Assembly: GCA_963737905.1 (NCBI GenBank)
Contig: CAVTUQ010000022.1
Location: 96,001-160,000, forward strand
Direction of reading: 5' to 3'
Length of the DNA: 64,000 nt
Origin: an uncultured delta proteobacterium
GTDB lineage: Bacteria > Desulfobacterota > Binatia > UBA9968
The notes under the pieces were generated by a model. The model worked only from the letters and a program-made list of their open reading frames with translations, was not told the origin of the DNA and ran no database searches. Both the position numbers and the translations under genes were made by a program. Shown here piece after piece: positions 1 through 11,054 of this stretch; within the stretch, counting starts at the first letter, position 1, and each line of letters begins with the position of its first letter.

Positions 1-146
1 GCGACGGAGGACAGGTCAATATCTCGGGTATTCTTGCCGACCCGGACCTCGAGACAGAGATCGCACGCATTGCGAAAGGTGTGGCAGGCGTCACCCAAGT
101 TACGACCGACATCGAGCCGCCGCCCATTGAATATATGCATCCTTAA
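1..146 (+). CDS. 3' end of a BON-domain-like protein (partial)
   Basis: Manual translation from nt 3 gives DGGQVNISGILADPDLETEIARIAKGVAGVTQVTTDIEPPPIEYMHP*, matching the BON pattern G.V.l.G...A..V.GV..V. Confidence 0.5.
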   Translation, partial: DGGQVNISGILADPDLETEIARIAKGVAGVTQVTTDIEPPPIEYMHP

Positions 147-329
147 TCGTTCCAATCATTTCCTCGCGGCGGCTGTGTATTGTTCTCGATTCACACAACC
201 ACCCTAGTCTTGAGTAATAACTGGCGAGCAACGAGCAAGGGACAAGTCGTCCGGATCGAATTATCCGGTCTAGTGTCAGGCGGAATTTTCTTAGCTTTTG
301 GTTTTGTGCTATCGTCGGAGGTCTTGATA

Positions 330-847
330 GAGCCATTTGCCGATAACGATCTTAAAGACGCGCGGTACATGCGTGTAGCCTTGGACGAGGCAAACAAAGC
401 CGCAGCCAGTGGAGAGGTGCCGGTGGGTGCCGTTGTCGTTTGTCGAAGGCGAAATCATCGGGAAAGACCACAACCGGCGGGAAGAGCTGCAGCAGCGCGT
501 TGGCACATGCAGAACTGCTGGCTATAGAACGGGCCTCTCGTCATCGTGGTCGTTGGCGGTTGTCCGATTGCCAGCTTTACGTAACCCTCGAACCGTGTGT
601 CATGTGTGTGGGAGCCATCGTGCAGGCCCGGATCGGGCGGCTTGTTTTTGGCTGTCTTGATCCTAAAGGGGGGGCGGTGGAATCCCTGTATCAACTCTGC
701 GACGATATTCGCCTTAATCACCGGCTGCCGGTTGCAGGTGGGATGCTCTCTGGAGATTGTTCCGCAATGCTTGAGGACTTTTTTAGCCGCTTGAGGCAGA
801 AGAAACGGGACCTAACAAAAAGCGGAGAGGTGGCCGAGCCCGGCTGA
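330..847 (+). CDS. tadA: tRNA adenosine(34) deaminase, split by frameshifts (probably sequence errors); start approximate
   Basis: MRVALDEA..AAASGEVPVGAVVV, AHAELLAI, LYVTLEPCVMCVGAI and LNHR motifs spread over three frames. Confidence 0.9.
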
Positions 848-915
848 AGGCGCTTGACTCGAAATCAAGTTCACCCGGAAGGGTGACGGGGGTTCAAATC
901 CCTCCCTCTCCGCCA
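824..915 (+). tRNA. tRNA-Ser(CGA)
   Basis: GGAGAGG/CCTCTCC acceptor stem, CTTGA-CTCGAAA-TCAAG anticodon arm, long variable arm TCACCC-GGAA-GGGTGA, TTCAAAT T-loop, encoded CCA. Confidence 0.97.
858..915 (+). repeat. attL, 58-bp direct repeat (tRNA 3' half)
   Basis: Matches 10482-10539 with 2 mismatches. Confidence 0.95.
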
Positions 916-1056
916 AACCTTAAATAGGCGATTTAGCGTGAGTTTACCCCGGTTTCTTGATACCCAGTGAAAAGCCTGTGCAAGAGAAATCAACTTCCCC
1001 TTACCCTCGTAAAGTGCCCTTTTGTGAAGGAATTTGAAGGAACTTTTAGATACACG

Positions 1057-1852
1057 TTAAGCCGTTTCTCCTTTTAGCGGAATAACCTTCCGATTCTCCG
1101 CCTCTTTCTTTAGGTGCTCCTGGACGCGGTTCATGCTGTCGGTTAAGTCCTGATCGTCACGGATGTTGTAGCGCTCGTAAACACTTCTAGTTAGATGGCC
1201 CGACAGCATCATCCCGTCACCCTCGGACAGCCCCGCCTTGCGGAAGTTTCTCACCGCGCTGCGCCTGATATCGTGAGGCAATAAGCCCTCGTAGCCGATC
1301 TCCTTGGCCGCCGCCTTGAATGCTTTGCGAAACGATTTTATTGCCTTTCCGGCTCGGTGAAACACATACTGACAGTCTAGCGCCTTAGCTTCTGCCTCCG
1401 CTCGATAACGTCCATCAGTGTGCCGACGATTGGAAACGATCTGTCTTTTTGTTCTTGGCGATCTCCTTCGGGACCCTGATCATATTGCCGTCAATCCACG
1501 ACCACTGAAACGCCTTGGCTTCGATCGAACGCCAACCGGCATGATAGAGAAACTCTACAATGTCCCGCACGTCTCCACCCTCGATCTTCTCCAGCAAGGC
1601 GTCGAACTCAGCCATGTTAATGAACCCCTTGCGAACGTTTGTGTCATCATAGAGCTTGATTAACGGCACTGTGGAGATCATCCGCTTTTCTAGCATCAGC
1701 TCAAAGCCACGCCGTAGACAAGCAAGCTCGTAATTGATCGAGGCCCTGGCGGCTTTGGCCTTGAGCCGCTTGTCCCCGTAGTCCGCGATCTTCTATGAAG
1801 TGATGTCGATCACGCGATAGAATTTGAAGGCATCCTCGGCCTCCAGGTGCTT
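1057..1852 (-). pseudogene. Tyrosine integrase; N-terminus deleted, internal stop and frameshift
   Basis: GWRSIEA (R), HDIRRS (HxxR), SGH and VYERY (Y). The frame extends upstream as ASINYELACLRRGF with an in-frame TAG at about 1793-1795 and stops being integrase-like at about 1852. Confidence 0.88.
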
Positions 1853-2021
1853 GCTTTTCGCGCTTTAACTCTTCCACCTGTGCGGGCAAGTCGCGAATTG
1901 TCCGCCGTAGTGCGTCGCGCTGACTTTCGAGATCTGCGATTTCCGCCGTAGCCAAAATCGCTGGAGCGAAATCTTTGAGGGGCGCGAGTGCCTTTCTAAT
2001 TTGATCGCTTGTCATTGTCAT
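1853..2021 (-). pseudogene. N-terminal fragment of a coiled-coil hypothetical protein fused to the integrase remnant
   Basis: ORF 1701-2021 has an AAGGA RBS; its 3' part is an alternative frame of integrase sequence. Confidence 0.45.
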
Positions 2022-2243
2022 GTTAAAAATTCCTTTTTACTGGGGTTAATGGTTTAATATTTCCGCTTCCCTTGCCCGGCCAACGGGCGACGGTGTCAGC
2101 GCCGCCCTAGCCGAAACGAAAGGAAAGTCAATTTACCCCTGCTCATCCGCCGTCGTCACTTCCGCGATAACTTCCGGCCCGATCGATCGGGTTCCGTAAC
2201 TTGTAACACCTCATCCCCGGCGAAAACTCCCCGCTGAAGATCG

Positions 2244-3649
2244 CTACGTCAAACTTGCCGTCGGGGTAGCTGAAGGTGACGAGTTTTTCGATCGGGAGAG
2301 GCGGCAGCGGCGGGAGATTCCCCCCAACTCTCTGGAAATTGTTACCAGTCGGTCACCACCTCTGGCGAAATGTATCTTCCAACCTAGTAATGTGAGATTC
2401 GGGCGAACCTCACGCAACTTTTTACCCAGTGCCGCCGGTGTCGATGGCAACTGTTTCTCTTGGATCTGTAGGGACGACACATGTCCCTTAAGAGCTGCGT
2501 GTAGGTCATGGGGTTGACCGGACCATTCTGATTTATCCTTGAGCCAATCGAGGAGAACGGTAGCGACCACCGACTCCGCCACCGCTTCGGAATTTTGCCG
2601 ACCAACGTTTACCTTGTAATCGGCCAAGAATTGCTTAACATCGCCGGTCGCCGCCATTGCCCAGCGAGCAAAGTCCGCCATGCGCGGCAATCAAGGACTT
2701 TTTACATTGTCATACTCTCTGATCGCGCCCTGGAGAGCTGCGTAAAGATCGCGCCCAGGATCGCGGGGCGCTTCGGATGGAAGTCTTTCCACAACTCTAG
2801 TTCCTCGCGCCGACCATCATCGGAGATACGGTCGAGCTGGATTAAGAGACTTCTATCGAGTAGATCGGGCTTGCTGATTGCGACATTGATACCATTGAAC
2901 AGTAGAGCGGGGCGGTAGCTATATATAATGTCGTCATCGTCGGTAAAGAGCTGTCGTTTCGTGAATCCGTCGCCGGTGATCGCGCAACACAAAAGATCCG
3001 AAAGCCAAACGGGTAAACTTGACACGTTGTCAAGAACCGCCGCGTATCTGTGGGCTAATGCTTGCACAAGCTCAGATGCATCCCGCGTGCGCAAACATGG
3101 AGTTGAACTCGGCTCAACAAGTTCAAGTAACATTTTCTCCGCGGTGGTTTTGGCGCTTCCCTGATCGCCGTACACAACAAGCATTGGGCGCGGGATGTTT
3201 GGAACGTACGCCGTTACTAGCCACGACTCCATGAGTCTCCGGTCCGCTTCCTCTCTGACGTTAATAAAATCCCAAATCGCACTGAGATTCCCGCCCTGGA
3301 CCGGCTCGGCTTGCGCGAGCGTATTTGAGTACCGACGAAACCTAACCGGAGGCTCACTGATTATCTCCCAGCACGGCCGCATCTATTTTCACTGCACGCC
3401 ACTCACTGTCCGCGAGGTCGTAATAGAGGGCATCCTCATACCATGCCGCCCTGAACTAAACTTCTCGTTCGTCGCCTTCACATGCCGCTTTTGCTTCAAA
3501 TACATTCAACGCTGACTGCATCGCTTCGCTGTTCGGGGCTTTTCTGGTTGCGCGATAGAATCTACTCGTGATCCATCGCCGCGTTGCCCTTGATCGAATC
3601 GGCCAGGTTTCATCGTGATCGCCGATTGAGAAACTGATAAATTGCTCAT
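2244..3649 (-). CDS. Phage/satellite replication ATPase (primase-associated helicase), frameshifted
   Basis: Walker-A-like GDQGSAKTT, VLDNVS, TGDGFTKRQLFTDDD, PDLLDRS and PRMADFARW across ORFs 2702-3382 and 2244-2690. Confidence 0.75.
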
Positions 3650-4081
3650 CTGTCGGCGTGTGAAAAAACTCCGCGCCCGAATCCTCGATAATCTTGACCA
3701 GCAGATCCGCCTGACTCTCGCGTCTCTCCTTTTTCTCGCTCCCAGAGGCTTCGGTATTTTTGCCGCCCGTGCCGTTGGTCTCGCAGGCCGTTTAACTCGA
3801 GCCCAACTTGCTCGACGGCGTCAACAATATCGGGATTGTCTCGGGCGATCGCGTCGGAGGTCATAACTCGATCCCCTCGGTAATCGCTTCAATCGTGGAC
3901 CGGATCGATAGGAGGTCCGCAGCATTGCGCGAGATGTCCAAGTCCTCGTAAAGGTCGCGGCGAAGGATCGCTCGCGGAGAAAGGATTCAGCTAATTCGAT
4001 GTCGTGGATATCGTCGGCAAGGTCGATCTGTTCAAGAACGTCGCCCAACAATAGATTGATCTTACGCCGCTGCTCGCGCAT

Positions 4082-4370
4082 CTATGCCGCTGCCGACTCT
4101 GCGGCTCGACGTTGCGCTGCGGTAACTATAGGTCGGTAATTTGGCTTTGTGTCTATGCCAAGGATGGAAAGCGCTTCCTTGAAGGAAACCTTCTCGGCTA
4201 TCTCGATGAACCTGATAACATCACCGCCACTTGCACACGGATCGCAATACCAGAGTTGCTTGTCCGGATTCACCCGCAAGCTCGGGCGGCGGTCATTGTG
4301 ACATAATGCTAAGCCGAAGAACTCCCGGCCGAATTTTCTGAGCGAAGTATAGCGCGATATGATTTCGATT
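4082..4370 (-). CDS. CHC2 zinc-finger (primase Zn-binding) domain protein; start approximate
   Basis: ...LCHNDRRPSLRVNPDKQLWYCDPCASGGDVIRFIEIAEKVSFKEALSIL. Confidence 0.8.
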
Positions 4371-4447
4371 GGTCATCTGTGCCTCTCTGATTTCTGACCG
4401 CCTCGAAGTCGTGCCTCGGGCGTTCGCATTTTAAGACTTCAACCATT

Positions 4448-4690
4448 TTAGTCCGCTGCCGAGGGCGCGGGGTGTTGTGCTGATGATTTTGCAGCCAACG
4501 CCCTAACGTCGCTTTCCTTAAACAGACGCCTACCGCTGGCGGTTCTTATCGCAGCGAGCTTCCCTTCTTTCTCATACCAGCGCACCGTCTGCTCGCTCTT
4601 GCAAAGTATCTTCGCCGCGTCATTGACCATTAACAGAGTCTCCATCGTGGCCACCCTCCTTTTTTGTTTGCTGCGTTGCTTTTCAGACAT
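4448..4690 (-). CDS. MerR-like/excisionase-type HTH protein
   Basis: LLMVNDAAKILCKSEQTVRWYEKEGKLAAIRTASGRRLFKESDV. Confidence 0.85.
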   Translation of the reverse strand: MSEKQRSKQKRRVATMETLLMVNDAAKILCKSEQTVRWYEKEGKLAAIRTASGRRLFKESDVRALAAKSSAQHPAPSAAD

Positions 4691-4766
4691 CTTGAGTCTA
4701 ATATTAGTAGCAAGTCACAGGGATTCTAACATATGCCCGCTACGGTGATTTGAAAAAAAACAACGA

Positions 4767-5504
4767 ATGACCCGAACATTAGAAGATTTGAAGGTCCTAG
4801 TGGGCTTCCTGAACAACGAACCAGTTCGAATCGTTCACGCTCCGGTGGGGGAGTTTGCGCTCCTTAGAGATTGGTACCACAGCACCCGACTAAAGGCCGC
4901 TTACAACACATTGCGCTATGCGCTCACGGATTTACTCGCGCCTACCGTGGCAATACCACGAACATGGAAATCCGCAATGCGCAAGAAGCAGACTGCCTTT
5001 ATGAGTTACTATCGTCCAAAGGTTGGCCTAAAAGTGCTTTTGGACGAGCTGAACAAACACGCAGAAAAACCACGTTGGCGAGGAATCCCGACTACCAAGC
5101 AGTTTGCGAGGATCTCGGTACCTGGATTCACTGGCGCAATCGTAAAGCGGGAATTTTCTAACTTAGTCTGGCAAACAATCGCAAACCTACTCGAAAGCGG
5201 TGACATTTTCTTGATCGGCCTCTGTTCGATATGCGAGACATTTTTCGTGAAGAACCGCGACTGGCAAAAGTGTTGCCCCAAAGCATCCTGCCGGAAAACG
5301 CACGAGCACCGACTCGCGGCCGATAGGCAAGCGCGGGTGCGAAGAAAAAGAAAAGCAAAATTGACTGCGGTTTATGATATAAGGCCGCATGGCCAAAAAG
5401 TACACCATGACCGAGGCCGCCAAACATCTCGGGATCAGCCACGCGGCACAAACCTGAAAGCGTTAAGGGAATTGCAAAAGAAGGCTAAAGCGAAACCGAA
5501 GTAG
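4767..5504 (+). CDS. Hypothetical protein with C-terminal CGNR-like zinc finger (probable regulator)
   Basis: CSICETFFV...CCPKASC followed by a basic helix; divergent from the Xis-like gene. Confidence 0.6.
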   Translation: MTRTLEDLKVLVGFLNNEPVRIVHAPVGEFALLRDWYHSTRLKAAYNTLRYALTDLLAPTVAIPRTWKSAMRKKQTAFMSYYRPKVGLKVLLDELNKHAEKPRWRGIPTTKQFARISVPGFTGAIVKREFSNLVWQTIANLLESGDIFLIGLCSICETFFVKNRDWQKCCPKASCRKTHEHRLAADRQARVRRKRKAKLTAVYDIRPHGQKVHHDRGRQTSRDQPRGTNLKALRELQKKAKAKPK

Positions 5505-5543
5505 AAAAGTAAAAGGCGCTTCCGGCGGTTGCGCTAACAACCG

Positions 5544-7106
5544 TTGATCCAAAAAAGCGCCCGACATGCTGGAACAGTTGCGACAGCTGTTTCTCTCTTT
5601 CCACAACGAACTGGAATTGCGCTGAGGACAGTGTTCATCAAGACACTTGTATTTGGTCTCTTGGCCGCTGTGCTGCTGCTCATTTATTCCCCGGTGTGGC
5701 GCACCGACTATGCAAGCGCGGACGATTTCTCCATGCTTGCGCATCACCTGCTTGGAATGATGGCTGCCCAACAAATACTCAGCATTGCGGGAGGCCGTCC
5801 GACAGATGCGTTGCTTACGAGTTTTGCCCTTGCTTTTGTGAACAGGATTGAAGACCTGTGGTGTCTCCGTCTCGTCAGCGTTATAGGCATCACGCTTCTC
5901 GCATGGAGTCTGTGTCAAACGCTGAGGAAGGCCGGATGGGATATCTGGGCGTCTGTTTCTTTAGCCCTGATCATCTGTACCATGCCAGCTTTTCAGCAAT
6001 ATGCGGCATGGATGGTCTTAGCGTTTGCGTCTTTTGCCGCCCTTTGTGCAGGTGGAGCAGTGTCTTTCGCCGAGCAATCCTTTGCGGAGTCGCGCCGATT
6101 GCGAAAATGGACGCTTGCAGCTGGTGCGAGCCTGCTCGAGCTGATCGCACTGACGATATATCAGCCGGCGGCCATGTTCTTCTGGGTTTTTGCTGCGCTT
6201 GTACTGTTCAAGCCAGGACGGACGCTGCCAGATTTCTTCCGTCGGGTGTTATGGCACGGCTCTGTCATGGGTGTCGGTCTCGTGCTTGGGTTTGCCACGT
6301 ACAAGCTCGGCTTGGCTTTCTATGGTGACAAACTCGCGCCTCTTCGGTCTGCCTTGGTCACCGATGTGGTGGAGAAAATATATTGGTTCATCCACGAGCC
6401 ACTACTGACGGCTTTGAACCTTGCCAACCTCGTGCCCCGCGGTTGGCTTGCTGGATGTGTTGCGCTCTTCATTACCGGGGGTCTAGCCGGATATTTTCAG
6501 GGCACCGCCAAAGAGCGACTTGGTCAGTCCTTGGTCGCCTTCTTCTTTCTTCCCCTCAGTTACTTGCCCAATTTGGTTGTCGCAGAGAGTTGGGCTTCCT
6601 ATCGTACTCAGGTAGCGTTGACCTCTTTGCTTGTTGTCTACGTGTGTTTTGCTTTGTGGAGTTATGGGCAAATGTGCTGTCGCCTGGCTGCGCCGATAGT
6701 GCTCCGTATCACACTTGGCTTTGCTGCTCTGAGTGCGTGTCTGGGCGCGGCCTATAACGTGCACGCCTATTTTACTGCGCCTTTGGCCGTTGAGTTAACC
6801 GTCCTTCGTGAATACTTGACCCAGCAGAACCTGGCTACGGTGCGGCACATTTATGTTATTGGTTCCAGACCGGAAGACTCCCTGGCGCCGGGGGTCCGGT
6901 ACGATGACTTTGGTCGCCCTTTTTCATCGAGCCCATGGGGCGCGTGGTCCGCAATCTATGTCGTACTCCGTGAGATAAACCCTGAGCACGCTAACTTCTC
7001 TTTTGAAACCGTCCTGCCTGATGATGCCATTCAGCCGCGCTCGGATGCCCTGGTTGTGGATATGTCAAGGCTTTTAGGGACAGCCAAGGGAAACGAGGGA
7101 AGATAA
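5544..7106 (+). CDS. Polytopic GT-C-fold glycosyltransferase (GtrII-like)
   Basis: About 11 hydrophobic segments; DYASADDF acidic pair after TM1, GRP motif, IYQ motif; soluble C-terminal domain. Confidence 0.65.
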   Translation: MIQKSARHAGTVATAVSLFPQRTGIALRTVFIKTLVFGLLAAVLLLIYSPVWRTDYASADDFSMLAHHLLGMMAAQQILSIAGGRPTDALLTSFALAFVNRIEDLWCLRLVSVIGITLLAWSLCQTLRKAGWDIWASVSLALIICTMPAFQQYAAWMVLAFASFAALCAGGAVSFAEQSFAESRRLRKWTLAAGASLLELIALTIYQPAAMFFWVFAALVLFKPGRTLPDFFRRVLWHGSVMGVGLVLGFATYKLGLAFYGDKLAPLRSALVTDVVEKIYWFIHEPLLTALNLANLVPRGWLAGCVALFITGGLAGYFQGTAKERLGQSLVAFFFLPLSYLPNLVVAESWASYRTQVALTSLLVVYVCFALWSYGQMCCRLAAPIVLRITLGFAALSACLGAAYNVHAYFTAPLAVELTVLREYLTQQNLATVRHIYVIGSRPEDSLAPGVRYDDFGRPFSSSPWGAWSAIYVVLREINPEHANFSFETVLPDDAIQPRSDALVVDMSRLLGTAKGNEGR

Positions 7107-7508
7107 TTTAAGTTTTTCCTCCTAATGGCCGTCTCTTGTGCGGTGAATTGATCGAACCGTGATTGAAAGTCAGCCCCGCCATGTTTCCACGCCTTTTGAT
7201 GGCGGCTCGCATATTGGCAGCTAAGACGATGAATTTTGACGCCCTGTCGTCGTTATGGCTGCGAAAGCTCACGATGTAGACCTTAGCCACAGCGGGCGTG
7301 AAAATAGCGAGAAAACAGGAGGGAGTGCAACACCCAAGAGCCGGGTTCGCGCCCGGTCTCCCGCGCCGTCAAGGTTTCGTTTTGGACTATGGCCTTGAGA
7401 AACTAAACTATCGCGGAGACGACCGTTCGTCGTATTTGACGACCCCTATTTCGGCCGCGGCAGATGGGCACGCATTTACCTATCGCCCCGCGCTGACGGA
7501 CCATTGAT

Positions 7509-7814
7509 CTATTTTCTGCGGGTCACCCGAAGAATGGTGCCGTTCGCTTTGCCAAATTCTCCGGGATCGACCTGGTATTCGATCTCGATGACGGTGTCTT
7601 GGTTAAACGCGTCGCGTAGCAGGTCGAGCATCCCAGCGTGGGCGAAACGGTTGTTGTCGTTGCGCAGGGTGCAGCCAAATCCTCCGTCCCTTCCCTTTAC
7701 GCCGCAGACAACTTCGATGTCGATAAAATCCGAGGGCGGTCCGAAACCGGTGCCAACCTCATGAACACGGAGGAAGGCGAGTTTGCCGGTGGCAACTCTG
7801 ATCTCTGTAGCCAT
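7509..7814 (-). CDS. Conserved-looking hypothetical beta-rich protein
   Basis: 101-aa ORF with AAGGAG RBS; no recognised family. Confidence 0.6.
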   Translation of the reverse strand: MATEIRVATGKLAFLRVHEVGTGFGPPSDFIDIEVVCGVKGRDGGFGCTLRNDNNRFAHAGMLDLLRDAFNQDTVIEIEYQVDPGEFGKANGTILRVTRRK

Positions 7815-7978
7815 TTGAGTATCTCCTTTTCTACTCAGTTATAACGCAACCGTCATGCCATCCGAGAATTGAAACTCGGATGCGCTATTCCTCAGGAAAT
7901 TCAAAACTATACACAGTCACTGGAGGGAAGGTTGGTCTCAAAAGGAGTGTCCAAATAGATATAGGGGAGTAAAAAAAA

Positions 7979-9247
7979 TCACACCTCTGGGCCACAGCCG
8001 GCGGAAAATACCGAGAAAAGAGGGGGAGAGTAAGGGGGCGTATGGCCCCTCTTTTTACTTGCGTCCCGGTCGAGGCCGGTATATGCAGGATTTGTCATGC
8101 TGATTTTCCATTGTTCCGTCTGTAACGTCTGGGCCGAGCGCGCCATCTGATAGGGGTCGACGAGGATCTTCTCAATGCGGGCGTTGGGGTTACTGTAGAC
8201 ACGCCTTAGATAGAACTCGACCGAAGCCTCGAGGTTGATCGGCTGCCCGGGTAAAGGCTTCCAAATCTTGTAGTCTGCCAGCAGCAACTGATCGCTCTCC
8301 TCCGCATACTTGAGACAAACGACAGCGGCATTGTCCTTCCGAACCGCGGCGTCGACACCGATGAAGAGGCTCCCGGATAGATCGGGATGGCCGTCCACGA
8401 CACAGGCGTCGTAGGTCTGTTCGTCGATGAACCGACTCTCGGATGATACCCACTGGTTTTGATGCAGCCGCTGAAACGTTGCCGCCCGAAGGGTCCGCCT
8501 CTGGGCGTCGTAATACGCCGGGGTCTGCCATGGCATACGGGCCTCATGGTCCCAATAGCAAAAGATCCTTGCTTCACGATTGACGTAGATCGGCAAAGTT
8601 GGATGAATGCGCTCTCCCTGGCCTTCGGGATGCTCGTCCTTGCCTACGGCCTTCTTGTAGAGGTCCATCAAAAGCTCCGACTCGCCCTCAAAGCCTGCAT
8701 AGATCGCGATGAACTTGACAGAGTTTTTGCGGGTCGGGACGCTGGTCAGCTCTTCAAACAATCGCCGCCCGTTCTCGGAGGTCACCGCCCAAATTTCTTC
8801 GTAAGAAACCCACCCATGATTGCTACCTGAGGCGCCCTGATAATCCGAGCTGATACGCGTGATGGTTGACCCATTGGCTAGAAAGATATTTTTCTGCTGG
8901 ACCTCGCATTCGGCTTGAAGCTCCGGGTTGTAGGTGATGAGTTTTTCGCAGGAGGCGAACGCCCTCGCCTTTGATTGTTCCAGATCGTTGGCCGCCAATA
9001 TGAGTTCGTTCGGCGGCTCCTGGGTCAGAGCCCAATACAAAGTCAAAGCCGCGTTGATCGTGGTTTTCCCACTCTTCTTGGGACAGCTGTAGATAACCGT
9101 GTCGTAGGGCAGCCGGCCGTCCTCATCGAAGGCAAAGGCAAGATTCAAGATCTCTTCTTGAAACGGCATGAGCTTGAAGGGCTTACCGAGCTCGGACTCC
9201 TTGATCACACGGCGGATGAACTCTACAGGGGAAATGGTCTTCTTCAT
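7979..9247 (-). CDS. Phage terminase large subunit, C-terminally truncated
   Basis: Q motif LMPFQ, Walker A PKKSGKTT, Walker B VSYEE, nuclease IGVDAA..KD, VDPYQ; similarity is lost after about 8120. Confidence 0.88.
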   Translation of the reverse strand: MKKTISPVEFIRRVIKESELGKPFKLMPFQEEILNLAFAFDEDGRLPYDTVIYSCPKKSGKTTINAALTLYWALTQEPPNELILAANDLEQSKARAFASCEKLITYNPELQAECEVQQKNIFLANGSTITRISSDYQGASGSNHGWVSYEEIWAVTSENGRRLFEELTSVPTRKNSVKFIAIYAGFEGESELLMDLYKKAVGKDEHPEGQGERIHPTLPIYVNREARIFCYWDHEARMPWQTPAYYDAQRRTLRAATFQRLHQNQWVSSESRFIDEQTYDACVVDGHPDLSGSLFIGVDAAVRKDNAAVVCLKYAEESDQLLLADYKIWKPLPGQPINLEASVEFYLRRVYSNPNARIEKILVDPYQMARSAQTLQTEQWKISMTNPAYTGLDRDASKKRGHTPPYSPPLFSVFSAGCGPEV

Positions 9248-9658
9248 GGTCTAAATCGCTTCAGCGAAGGGGTTAAGTAGCCATAGGCTGTTTTTGTCCC
9301 GCTCCAAACTCAATGAAATCAAGCATCCAGCACCCCCCCGTTTAGGCTGCCTGTGACATCTTCCGCTGTACTCTTTTCCTGCATGCCGGTGAAGCCCACT
9401 TTTTTCGATCAAAGACAGCCTGCCCGCATCCACAAGCACTTGCGTCATGACGTCCTATCGAGTCTTGATGCAACATGGACGTGTAGAACTCCAAAACGCT
9501 ACGATGTGGAATCACCACAGCTGCACGCTGGGCTTGAAAGACACGATGAAAGAACTCTGACGGCCGCTCGATCTTGTTCGTGAAGCGCTCGGCTAAATAC
9601 TCCGGTGTGCGTCCGCGCCTACTTGCCAGCTTGGCGAAGTCGCCAAAGGTAACTTCCG

Positions 9659-10108
9659 TTATCGTGCACCATCATCCGTCGCGCCGGTGCCGTTAGCTGG
9701 CTGATCGTCGTCTTTGGCGAGGATCTCAGTCAGGCTCAAGTTTTTAGCCACGGGTCTTAAGCCCAATGTCTTTAGGTTTTCTCTAAGATGGGCGGATAGC
9801 TGCGTACGGATCGCAAGCACTGGATGCGGCCGGCCTTTACGTACCAGCGACTTCAACCCCATCAGGTAATTATCCAGGCTCGCGATGTAGAGTATGTTTT
9901 TAACCGAATCCCCGATGATGGCCTGCTCCTGCGGTGATGGATCGCCGCCGAGGGCTTTGACTAACTCCTGCTCCTTCTCTCGTATTGCTTTGAATAGCGA
10001 CGTTCTTTCATCTAAGCCGTCGCCATTCAGCATGGCTTTGTAGGTGTGAAGCCCATGTTTAAGGGCTTTCTTGTTGCCTGCCACCCCTGGCGTGATGAGT
10101 TTTGACAA
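9659..10108 (-). CDS. Putative terminase small subunit-like protein
   Basis: N-terminal GNKKALKHG motif, helical, HPVL motif, upstream of terL on the same strand. Confidence 0.55.
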   Translation of the reverse strand: MSKLITPGVAGNKKALKHGLHTYKAMLNGDGLDERTSLFKAIREKEQELVKALGGDPSPQEQAIIGDSVKNILYIASLDNYLMGLKSLVRKGRPHPVLAIRTQLSAHLRENLKTLGLRPVAKNLSLTEILAKDDDQPANGTGATDDGAR

Positions 10109-10481
10109 TCTCGGTTGATTCGTTGTGATTCATGCTGCCGCTAGCCCGGTGTGATTGTTCTTCAAGTTCTTACACAATCGTTGCACAGTGCCAAAAAAAC
10201 TTTGAAACGTTCGTGAGTTAGAACGGGGCACTTGATTAGAAGTCAAATGAGAAACACGCGACTTGAGGCGAGATTCAAGAAGAGTAGACGGGATTCGCTC
10301 GCTGCGACCAGGCTTTCGCCCTGTTGGAATTGTAAGAAGCGCGTCGACGGGTGATTGTGAAAGAATTGTGAAAGATCTACTGACGGGAGCTTACAGAAAT
10401 TAACAAACGCGAGGGTAGGGGAGAGCTGTTTCTCACTGCTAATTTTTTTCTGCGTTGTCTGCGTCGCTGATCCTGGCATAT

Positions 10482-10539
10482 CTCGAAATCAAGTTCACCC
10501 GGGAGGGTGACGGGGGTTCAAATCCCTGCCTCTCCGCCA
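10482..10539 (+). repeat. attR, displaced 3' half of tRNA-Ser
   Basis: CTCGAAATCAAGTTCACCCGGGAGGGTGACGGGGGTTCAAATCCCTGCCTCTCCGCCA. Confidence 0.95.
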
Positions 10540-10772
10540 ACAAATTCGTCAGCTATCCCTTGCCAAAAACAGCCATCGCAAGAATCGTCAGACTTTGATG
10601 TGCATTCTTTGGCGAAGTTAGTAACTCGCCCGCGGGCATCCCGTATAAGTGTCAACTACACGGAGCGAACAATTGTTGGATATGGCAGTTCCGGTTGGAA
10701 TGCAGAGAGACAAAACATGACACTGCTCCCCGACTATTCTGTCCGGCGTGATGATAATTGACGAAATCGTTG

Positions 10773-11054
10773 TTAGTGAAGTCTTCGGCGTTCTAAAGAC
10801 CAGGCGCCGCGATCATCAAAAACGGCTTCTTTGAAAAGAGTGTCGTAGAAAACTTCTATCATTTCCCCGTTGCCGCGAAATCTGGCGGTTCGGAGAGATT
10901 TCCAGACGTCACCCCAGGGTATCAGCTTCATACCGACATAGGCTGCCTCTTGCCGTAGCGCGTCGGCCGGGGCAAATCGTTCGACAGATTCCTCTGGACG
11001 GTTTTTCCGATGTGCGGTTTGTGGTCCGATATTTCTGTCAGATGATCGCGCCAT
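10773..11054 (-). CDS. Hypothetical protein
   Basis: 93-aa ORF with AAGGA RBS. Confidence 0.5.
   Translation of the reverse strand: MARSSDRNIGPQTAHRKNRPEESVERFAPADALRQEAAYVGMKLIPWGDVWKSLRTARFRGNGEMIEVFYDTLFKEAVFDDRGAWSLERRRLH

Larger units (their letters stand above)
858..10539. mobile_element. Decayed tRNA-Ser-integrated phage satellite / prophage remnant (about 9.6 kb)
   Basis: att direct repeats, integrase next to the tRNA, primase/helicase, Xis-like HTH, terminase genes. Confidence 0.9.

Noticed and set aside
824-847. tadA reading frame running into the tRNA
   Set aside because: The overlap is short and may result from a lost stop in an indel-prone gene; no evidence of function.
10482-10539. 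Second tRNA gene
   Set aside because: Only the 3' half is present, with no acceptor 5' strand or D arm; it is attR.
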